From NCBI GenBank assembly GCA_964373255.1, contig CAYJTG010000005.1, positions 10,638 to 74,637 on the forward strand: a stretch of DNA of 64,000 nt, read 5' to 3'. How positions within the stretch are numbered: position 1 is the stretch's first letter; each line of letters opens with the position of its first letter. The DNA is from an uncultured archaeon (GTDB lineage: Archaea; Aenigmatarchaeota; Aenigmatarchaeia; GW2011-AR5). Of the stretch, positions 18,999 through 25,638 are shown piece after piece. The translations under genes and the position numbers were made by a program. The notes under the pieces were generated by a model. That model had not been told where the DNA came from, ran no database searches, and saw only the letters and a program-made list of their open reading frames with translations.

Positions 18999-19129
18999 GC
19001 TCTGTTGAAAACCTATGAAAAAGCATCGACGTAGACCCTTACGTCTTATCGACGTAAGGGTCAGCTAGAGCTATCATCGAGAGATGATAGCTCTCACGTC
19101 GATGCTTTTATTGAGCATTTCAACAGAGC
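18999..19129. mobile_element. Family-A MITE-like palindromic element, copy A1 (131 bp)
   Basis: Terminal inverted repeat gctctgttgaaa / tttcaacagagc, enclosing inverted repeat aaagcatcgacgt / acgtcgatgcttt, two perfect 12-bp hairpins (gacccttacgtc-ttatc-gacgtaagggtc; agagctatcatc-gaga-gatgatagctct). Confidence 0.75.
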
Positions 19130-19271
19130 CTTTGTTCCATAATTCTAGCACAAATTTCACATATACTGTTTCCACATTTGCCATTCATAGCTTTAGCCGC
19201 AATAAAAAGATTATTCGGATGTATATCTGCATTTCCAGCTATAGAAATAATTAAATTTTTTTTATTCATAA

Positions 19272-19760
19272 TTACCCGCAGTAACCGTAGCCGCCTTCGC
19301 TAAAGCACCCATAAGGGCATCTGCCTATAACGGTGTTTAACCTGCCGAGAGTATCGCAGTAATACTCAAGTACGTAGTCGGAATCGATGCACGAGTCCGG
19401 GGCTGTTATTTCCTTTCCGTTTTGCACGTACGACACATAGCCCTTTGAATAAGGATCGTTGCTTTCAAGATAGTTGTCACAGCCCACTGTATTTGTAATG
19501 TAGCTTCTGACGACCTCAAATTTCTTGGTCTCTGGCTCGTCAGCAACGGCGTACCCAGTCGCACTCAATTTAAAAGAAAACTGTGACGCTATGGCTATCA
19601 GCTCGAACACGATCACGGCTGAAACAGCCAGGATCGCAAGATGCGAGCGGTCTCTCGATGACGGCCAGCGATTGGAGTACGATCGTGTTCTGGATCTTCT
19701 TACTGTTCTGGCGGCTCTTCTCGCTCTTGTACTTGTCCTTTTCTTCACGAAAAACACCAT
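19272..19760 (-). CDS. Membrane-anchored Cys-rich protein (Arg-rich cytoplasmic N-terminus, 1 TM, extracytoplasmic Cys-rich domain)
   Basis: RTSTRARRAARTVRRSRTR... then LAILAVSAVIVFELIAIA, then 8 Cys ending CPYGCFSEGGYGYCG. Confidence 0.3.
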   Translation of the reverse strand: MVFFVKKRTSTRARRAARTVRRSRTRSYSNRWPSSRDRSHLAILAVSAVIVFELIAIASQFSFKLSATGYAVADEPETKKFEVVRSYITNTVGCDNYLESNDPYSKGYVSYVQNGKEITAPDSCIDSDYVLEYYCDTLGRLNTVIGRCPYGCFSEGGYGYCG

Positions 19761-19898
19761 AGGTAAACACCCTTCTATTGAAACTTGGTCAAGGCTATTT
19801 AAATAATTTTTCGGACGTTGGTTAATAGGTTATTTTCGAATCTTTTGAACGATTCGGAAAGAAATTCCCAAGGCGTGATTATAAAATGGGGATTTCAT

Positions 19899-21347
19899 TC
19901 AGTACGCCTTCGCGACATAAACGACGTGCTTTGCGGGCTTGTCGCAGTAGACACAATCAGAAAACGTTTTCTCGCCCTTTTTGTACAGCGTCCCCCTTAT
20001 CTCCCATCCTTGCGTGTCCGCTTTCAGATTCTTCTCACACTTGTCAGAGCCGCACCAGTTCGTTCGTATGATACCGCCTTTCCTTGTTGCATTCTTGAGT
20101 TCGTTGAGCGTTTTTGTATCTCTTATGTTTTCATTGAGGAATTTTCTTGATTTTTCATGCATCTCATTCTGAATTGTATTAAGTATGTCAATAACAGAAT
20201 TTAATTTTTCTATTTTTATCTTTATTTTTGTGCCGTCGTTTCGCTTCACGCATGTCAATTCTTTATTTTCAACGTCCTTCGGGCCGATCTCTATCCTCAG
20301 CGGCACGCCTTTCAGCTCCCACTCGTTGAACTTGAAGCCCGCTGAATAATTGCGGTCGTCTAAGTGAGTCCTGACGCCTGATTTTTCTAATTTATCAAGC
20401 GTATTCTTTGCGTTGTCGATCACCAATTTTTCCTTTCCCTTAAACAATATAGGAATGATCACGACCTGTACAGGCGCAAGCCTTGGTGGAAGGACCGCTC
20501 CTTTATCATCGCCGTGGTGCATTATCAGTATCCCTAACTGCCTTGTCGATATGCCCCACGACGTCTGCCACACGTGCTGCTTCTTGTCGTCTTTGTCAAG
20601 AAACTGAATGTTAAATGACTTTGCAAAATTCTGGCCTAACATGTGCGTTCCAGGACCCTGTGCGATTTTTCCGTCCTGCAAGAGCGTGTCGTAGACAACA
20701 GAAAAATCTGCGCCTGCAAACGTGTCGGACTGCGGCCTTACTAAGATCAGAGGCTCGATGGCAAGGTCCTTGTATATTTCTCCATACATCTGCACGGCGT
20801 GGTCGATCATCTTCTCGGCGTCCTCTTTTGTGGCGTGGGCCGTGTGACCCTCTTGCCATAGGAATTCACGGCTTCGCAGAAACGGCTTCGTGCCTTTTGT
20901 ATCAAAGCGGACGACGTTGCACCACTGGTTGATCTTGAATGGCAGGTCCTTGTAAGAGCGAATCCACAGCGAGAACATATAATACATTATCGTTTCTGAT
21001 GTAGGGCGAATCGCATATCTTTCTTCTAATTTCTCGCCGCCCGCCTCTGTCACAATCATCGTTTCCGCCTTAAAGCCTGCAAAGTGCTCCTCTTCTTTTT
21101 TCAGTAGCCTTTCTGGTATGAGCAGAGGAAAATAGCAGTTTTTAACGTCATGTTCTTTTATCAGAGCATCAAAATTTTTTTGTATTATTTCCCAGACGGC
21201 GTAGCCCCACGGAAGAATGACGTCAAAGCCCTTCACCGGACTTCTTTGATCTATGAAATTCCCTTTGCGCACTACTTCCAGATACCAGCGGCTGAAGTCA
21301 TCACCGCGCTTTGCGGTTAATCCAAGTTCTTCTGACATGATTATCAC
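19899..21347 (-). CDS. proS: Prolyl-tRNA synthetase (archaeal/eukaryotic-type class II)
   Basis: 482 aa; class II core with C-terminal Zn-binding extension (CVYCDKPAKHVVYVAKAY); N-terminal FSRWYLEVVRKGNFIDQRSPVKGFDVILPWGYAVWE typical of archaeal ProRS. Confidence 0.9.
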   Translation of the reverse strand: MIIMSEELGLTAKRGDDFSRWYLEVVRKGNFIDQRSPVKGFDVILPWGYAVWEIIQKNFDALIKEHDVKNCYFPLLIPERLLKKEEEHFAGFKAETMIVTEAGGEKLEERYAIRPTSETIMYYMFSLWIRSYKDLPFKINQWCNVVRFDTKGTKPFLRSREFLWQEGHTAHATKEDAEKMIDHAVQMYGEIYKDLAIEPLILVRPQSDTFAGADFSVVYDTLLQDGKIAQGPGTHMLGQNFAKSFNIQFLDKDDKKQHVWQTSWGISTRQLGILIMHHGDDKGAVLPPRLAPVQVVIIPILFKGKEKLVIDNAKNTLDKLEKSGVRTHLDDRNYSAGFKFNEWELKGVPLRIEIGPKDVENKELTCVKRNDGTKIKIKIEKLNSVIDILNTIQNEMHEKSRKFLNENIRDTKTLNELKNATRKGGIIRTNWCGSDKCEKNLKADTQGWEIRGTLYKKGEKTFSDCVYCDKPAKHVVYVAKAY

Positions 21348-21421
21348 TTAAAGTATAACATAACAGTTCTTACTTTATTTTTGATTGTATCGATAAATAA
21401 AGCTGATTTGTAGAAATAATC

Positions 21422-21712
21422 TTAATTTATCCCAAGCATTACCTTGATCTCTTGTGAGGGTTTCCATTGCGGTAAAAAAACAATTTGTATTGATACGTCT
21501 TTTACGCCTTCTATCCGTTTCAGTTTTTCCTTTATGGTCTCGATGAGCACAGGGCCATAAGGACAAGCAGGCGTGGTAAATGTCATTTTTATATTTACCT
21601 TGTCCGTATCGATGTCAATGCCGTAAATAAGCTCCAGCGTCCACACGTCTATATTAATCTCTGGGTCCATGCACTCTTTCAGGACATCTATTACCTGTTG
21701 CATCGTTGTCAT
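21422..21712 (-). CDS. DUF59/MIP18-family Fe-S assembly protein
   Basis: 96 aa; VIDVLKECMDPEINIDVWTLELIYGIDI...VNIKMTFTTPACPYGPVLIETIKEKL matches the DUF59 (PaaD-like) core. Confidence 0.6.
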   Translation of the reverse strand: MTTMQQVIDVLKECMDPEINIDVWTLELIYGIDIDTDKVNIKMTFTTPACPYGPVLIETIKEKLKRIEGVKDVSIQIVFLPQWKPSQEIKVMLGIN

Positions 21713-21752
21713 GATATAACACTAGATAGCAATTCTTATATGATTATTTGAA

Positions 21753-22061
21753 TGGGCTTGGCAGGATTTGAACCTGCGTCACAAGCTCCCAATGAGCATC
21801 AAATTATAGCTCTACAAGGAAAGAAACAAGATACAAGAAAGAACGAAGTTCTTTCTGTACAGCAAGAGCAAAGCTCTTGCTTGTATTACTTCCTTGTGAG
21901 CTATATGTGAAACCGGAAAAACATGTCCGGATTCTTTTCTGGTTTCACTATAAGCTCGGATCATAGTCGTATGAGATGCGAAGCATCTCTATGCTCTAAC
22001 CAAATTGTCCCACCTTCCGCTTTGATGCAGCTTTCTGGAAAGGTGCCTAGACTACAAGCCC
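21753..22061 (-). tRNA. tRNA-like gene with about 235 nt of structured intervening sequence (candidate multi-intron tRNA; anticodon not resolved, loop ATTGGGA suggests Pro/UGG)
   Basis: Minus strand: 5' GGGCTTG-TA-GTCTAGG... and 3' ...GTGAC-GCAGG-TTCAAAT-CCTGC-CAAGCCC-A. 7-bp acceptor helix, canonical T arm, discriminator A. Interior has several perfect hairpins. Confidence 0.5.
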
Positions 22062-22123
22062 TATAGGGATAATGGGTAAAAAGAATTATTAAAAGGCTCT
22101 CTCACAACTAGAACAGTGGTTTA

Positions 22124-22249
22124 ATGGTGAAAAAGAAAACAAAGAAATCCAACAAGAAGGCTGCTATGTGCGCCTGCGGCTGCAAAATGTCTATTAAGAA
22201 TTGCAAATGCTGCGGCATGGGTGGAAAGAAAACCTGTAAGTGCTGCTGA
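22124..22249 (+). CDS. Small Lys/Cys-rich peptide, 41 aa (9 Cys; metallothionein-like or RiPP-precursor-like), not in ORF track
   Basis: Hand translation: MVKKKTKKSNKKAAMCACGCKMSIKNCKCCGMGGKKTCKCC. Paralogue of the peptide at 24375-24527. Confidence 0.45.
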   Translation: MVKKKTKKSNKKAAMCACGCKMSIKNCKCCGMGGKKTCKCC

Positions 22250-22262
22250 GCCTATCATTCAA

Positions 22263-22514
22263 TTAGAGCCGCATCGATTTATTTATCAGGTTATATTTTT
22301 GACTCTTTGATAGTTTCTTGAACGCCACTTCTGCCCTAAGCGCTTCGCCCTTCGTTTCGTGCGCCCAGTATGCAATAATTTCGACCGGAAGCCTGCTTCT
22401 AGTATATTTTGAGGCTTTTCCTTCATTGTGTAGCTTCAGTCTTCTCTTCAAGTTATTGGTATAACCTGTGTAAAATGATCCGTCCTTGCACTTCAAGACG
22501 TATACGTAGAACAT
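22263..22514 (-). CDS. GIY-YIG nuclease family protein (UPF0213-like)
   Basis: MFYVYVLKCKDGSFYTGYTNNLKRRLKLHNEG matches the GIY..YIG..N...R...H motif. Track ORF (to 22553) extends into MITE copy A4, so the internal Met at 22514 is taken as start. Confidence 0.65.
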   Translation of the reverse strand: MFYVYVLKCKDGSFYTGYTNNLKRRLKLHNEGKASKYTRSRLPVEIIAYWAHETKGEALRAEVAFKKLSKSQKYNLINKSMRL

Positions 22515-22524
22515 AAAATTACCT

Positions 22525-22655
22525 GCTCTGTAGAAATGCTCGATAAAGAGCATCGACGTAGACCTATACGTCTCTTGACGTATAGGTCAGCTAGAGATAT
22601 CATCGATAGATGATATCTCTCACGTCGATGCTCTTGCATAGGTTTTCTACAGAGC
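22525..22655. mobile_element. Family-A MITE-like element, diverged copy A4
   Basis: Same architecture as A1. Both internal hairpins carry compensatory substitutions that keep perfect pairing. Confidence 0.65.
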
Positions 22656-22707
22656 AAAATTACCTAATTATATACTATATATTCGGAAAGGATTAAGTCT
22701 GATTTCT

Positions 22708-22815
22708 CAGGAAGGGATTAAGTCTAGACACACAGAAAGCAAAGCTTTCTGGTGCACCAAAGAACCTTTGGTTCTTTGCGTGTTATAAGGGAAACCCAGG
22801 TTTCCCTTAATGTAG
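22708..22815 (-). repeat. Family-H hairpin-string element, copy H3 (reverse orientation)
   Basis: Reverse complement of the 51654-51761 element: cattaagggaaacccaggtttccctta / aaagaaccaaaggttcttt / cagaaagctttgctttctg / tctagacttaatcccttcctg. Confidence 0.6.
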
Positions 22816-22817
22816 AG

Positions 22818-23029
22818 TGGGCTCGCCCGGAATTTCACCGAAGCAGCATAATACTGCGATAGCCACCTAAGGATGGTAATGCCTTAGGAAGGATATCCTT
22901 CCTCGGCTTTGAACCGGGGTCTCATGCTTTTCAGTTTCTTTACTTGATTTTTCTGACTTTCTTGATTAAACTTCTTTTCAAAAGAAGTTTACCCTAAGCA
23001 CGGATCCTAACCAAACTAGACTACGAGCC
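22818..23029 (-). tRNA. Second tRNA-like gene with ~140 nt structured interior; 3' T-arm non-canonical (uncertain)
   Basis: Minus strand 5' GGGCTCG-TA-GTCTAGTTTGGTTAGGATCC... and 3' ...CGAGCCC-A (7-bp acceptor complement 212 nt apart). 5' 15 nt nearly identical to the 21753-22061 gene. Internal CCCGG-TTCAAAG-CCGAG T-arm-like segment. Interior has perfect hairpins (aaacttctttt-gaaa-agaagttt; gaaggatatccttc). Confidence 0.3.
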
Positions 23030-23069
23030 CATAAATTCTACATAGTTTATTAGATTTTTAAGGGGGTGA

Positions 23070-23212
23070 GACACTGTCAACTTAAGGGGTACATAATGGA
23101 ATCGAAGATTCCACTTGTACAGGTGAAGCTTTGCTTCACCATGTATTAGCTATCGCTAATACCCCAGAAAAGGCTGTTGCCTATAGGCAACAGCCGTTAA
23201 GTTGACAGTGCC
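23070..23212. mobile_element. Family-Z TIR element, copy Z1 (internal module replaced)
   Basis: TIRs cactgtcaacttaag / cttaagttgacagtg; internal ggctgttgcc-tatag-gcaacagcc hairpin. Central segment carries the ggaatcgaagattcc and caggtgaagctttgcttcacc modules seen at 15880-16000. Confidence 0.6.
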
Positions 23213-23217
23213 ATGGA

Positions 23218-24123
23218 GTGAACGTTATTAAAGTTCCGGTACAATTTCTAGAGATGCCTATTCCAAAAGGTTTTGATGACCTCGTTAAATTAGCCGTGAA
23301 GGACAGGCCGGAGAAGCCAAAAACCATCGAGGAAGTATGGGATAAATTTCTTTTTGTTGTTTTCATGGGCGGAAAGCGGTCAGAGCCTGAAATACAGTTT
23401 ATTACAACCATGCTCAAGGCAAAGAAACTTGTCCAGTTTGACTATGTCCTGAAGACAGACGGCGACGACTGGCGCGAAGCCGTTGAAGCAGTGCTCAACG
23501 ACCGATTGAAGAGAATGCAGGACGAGGACCTTAAGGTAGCGCTAAAAGAATTCCAAAAAGAGATATTTAGGATAAGCGCTTCAATCAAGGGGGGTGCACG
23601 ATTTTTAAAAAACATGACACCTGACGGACTCGCCGAGGCGCTCAGCAACAAAGAAAAGACTTGGGAATTCATCGAAAACCTGGCCAACAACCAGGACGTT
23701 TCCAACATAAAGTATACAAAGATAATCATTTGGCTGCATTCCATAGGCTACGGCTATGATTTTTGCCCGCCGAGCTGGCAAACAAAAAAATTCATCAATA
23801 CCGAGGTCGGGCCGTATTACAACTTCTACGAGGACGATAAGTATTTCATGAAAAAAGCCGAGGAGTTTTCTGAAGACGTCAAGAAAAAGGTCAAAGGCGC
23901 AACAGCCCGAGACGTGTCTGCGGCAATTTATTATTATATGGTATTAAAAAATTCTCTCCCCACGCGTTCTCCAATAAAGAAAAGATGTACGGCGGCGGTC
24001 ATAGTCCGGTTCCTTAAGAAAAAGAAGCTTTCACTTAAAGACATTTCTGCCGCTCTTGTCGATTTTGACGGCAGAGAGAGGATTATGAAAACATTTTTTG
24101 AATTTTTGAATAAGACAAAATAA
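23218..24123 (+). CDS. Hypothetical protein, 301 aa
   Basis: Long ORF with reasonable codon usage; no motif recognised. Confidence 0.3.
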   Translation: MNVIKVPVQFLEMPIPKGFDDLVKLAVKDRPEKPKTIEEVWDKFLFVVFMGGKRSEPEIQFITTMLKAKKLVQFDYVLKTDGDDWREAVEAVLNDRLKRMQDEDLKVALKEFQKEIFRISASIKGGARFLKNMTPDGLAEALSNKEKTWEFIENLANNQDVSNIKYTKIIIWLHSIGYGYDFCPPSWQTKKFINTEVGPYYNFYEDDKYFMKKAEEFSEDVKKKVKGATARDVSAAIYYYMVLKNSLPTRSPIKKRCTAAVIVRFLKKKKLSLKDISAALVDFDGRERIMKTFFEFLNKTK

Positions 24124-24217
24124 GTATAATCAGTATTGGGCATTCGTCTTGCACAGAAGCAATTGCGTACAAATAGCTACGAGCCCAGCAATTTCTATAA
24201 TGATTTATTATGCATTT

Positions 24218-24372
24218 AAATCTAAGAATTCCACTGTTTTGAAATCTTGCATTCCACCTATCTATTGATGGGTGGTGGAATACGGGATGTAAGAACCACT
24301 GTAATACGTGGCATTGACCAATTTCAAGATGCCACTGGTCTTTGACCAGTGGTTCTTCACATTGGTGGTATT
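24218..24372. repeat. Left copy of the aaatctaagaattccactgtttt...ggatgtaaga.ccactgt direct repeat, with CCACTG boxes
   Basis: Shares about 60 bp in two blocks with 25371-25480, same orientation. Contains aaccactgt and the palindrome ccactggtc-tttg-accagtgg. Confidence 0.55.
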
Positions 24373-24374
24373 GA

Positions 24375-24527
24375 ATGGCAAAAAAGAAGATGGCGAAGAA
24401 AAAATCATCCAGAAAAATGAAAAAATCTAGCAAATCCGCTGCAATGTGTTCGTGCAATTGCGGCATGAGCACGAAAGACTGTGGTTGTTGTGGTAAGGGC
24501 GGCATGCGTACCTGCAGTTGTTGCTGA
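24375..24527 (+). CDS. Small Lys/Cys-rich peptide, 50 aa (paralogue of 22124-22249), not in ORF track
   Basis: Hand translation: MAKKKMAKKKSSRKMKKSSKSAAMCSCNCGMSTKDCGCCGKGGMRTCSCC. Core aligns residue-for-residue with the 41-aa peptide (AAMC.C.C.MS.K.C.CCG.GG..TC.CC). Confidence 0.45.
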   Translation: MAKKKMAKKKSSRKMKKSSKSAAMCSCNCGMSTKDCGCCGKGGMRTCSCC

Positions 24528-24636
24528 TTATTAAGGATGTGTAAATGGGGCGAATTTTTATTAGGCAGAAAAACGCATTTTTGGCCCGAACATATTTATT
24601 TATGTTTATAGTATCACAGTAGAAAGCAGTGGTCTC

Positions 24637-24870
24637 ATGATAGTAAAAATATACACGACAAATCACTGCCCGTACTGCAAGATGGCAAAAGAATTCTTCA
24701 AAATGCACAACGTGAAGTACGACGAAATAAACGTCGAGGAAGACGCAAAGGCGGCAGAGGAAATGATAGAAAAGTCCGGCCAGATGGGCGTTCCTGTAAT
24801 AGAAATAGACGGGAAACTGATCGTAGGTTTTGACAAGCGCGCGATAGAGAGTGCGCTAAAAATAAAGTGA
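24637..24870 (+). CDS. Glutaredoxin-like protein (NrdH/Grx family, CPYC active site)
   Basis: MIVKIYTTNHCPYCKMAKEFF...GQMGVPVIEIDGKLIVGFD is a thioredoxin-fold glutaredoxin. 77 aa. Lies 0.9 kb upstream of nrdR. Confidence 0.7.
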   Translation: MIVKIYTTNHCPYCKMAKEFFKMHNVKYDEINVEEDAKAAEEMIEKSGQMGVPVIEIDGKLIVGFDKRAIESALKIK

Positions 24871-24904
24871 AATCCTGATTTCTCATTTTTTTGTATATTA
24901 GTTA

Positions 24905-25345
24905 TTAATCGCCTACAGGATCTTTTTTATACAACCATGTGTTTCTTTTTTCTGGATGCTTGAAAAAGTGCTTATGCATATAATCCTTCATATAGTCATC
25001 TGTTTTGTATACAAGTTTTGCGTATTTGTTTATACCATCAACTTGTATTTTGCTTGTGCGCGTAAAACGCCCTGCCCTGAATTTCTTAATAGCATGCCGC
25101 ACATCTATATAATTAATACCGCTAGTGTTGTATTGTCTTATAACAGCATTGAGAATAGAAAATGGAGCATCATAAATATTGTTTTCCTGATATAATTCTC
25201 TAATTTCTTCTGCCAAATCTTTAACAAGCTGCGGTTGTTTAGTAGAATCGATAACATGATTCAGTGCGCCCTCGATTATTGTAATGTCTGTTTTGGAATC
25301 TTTTGAAGGGAATTGTGCTTCTATAAGAAATTCTTTGAATCTCAT
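24905..25345 (-). CDS. Hypothetical protein, 146 aa
   Basis: No recognised motifs. Lies between the two direct repeats. Confidence 0.3.
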   Translation of the reverse strand: MRFKEFLIEAQFPSKDSKTDITIIEGALNHVIDSTKQPQLVKDLAEEIRELYQENNIYDAPFSILNAVIRQYNTSGINYIDVRHAIKKFRAGRFTRTSKIQVDGINKYAKLVYKTDDYMKDYMHKHFFKHPEKRNTWLYKKDPVGD

Positions 25346-25370
25346 AGAAATAGCATAAATGAAATGTTTT

Positions 25371-25501
25371 TAAATCTAAGAATTCCACTGTTTTCAAACA
25401 ATGATAGGGTGGAATTCTGGATGTAAGAGCCACTGTCTTTATACAGTGCTTTACCACTGTTTTGTAATTTTTGCCACTGTTATCTCGCAAAAATCACACT
25501 G
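25371..25501. promoter_or_regulatory. Array of five CCACTGT / CACTGT boxes immediately upstream of nrdR (right copy of the direct repeat)
   Basis: CCACTGT at 25384, 25429, 25453, 25473 and cactgt at 25496, spaced ~45, 24, 20, 22 bp. The second forms the palindrome cactgt-ctttat-acagtg. nrdR ATG at 25639. Confidence 0.45.
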
Positions 25502-25638
25502 TCACGACAAAGTCATTTCACTTTTTCAGTTTAGATATTGCAAAGAAGAAAAGCATATTTAAGACAAAATCTCCTATATATTGTAGATTTTCAGGTTTAA
25601 CATACAATGGGTTGTGGGTGTGGATCGAGGTTTCTTCT

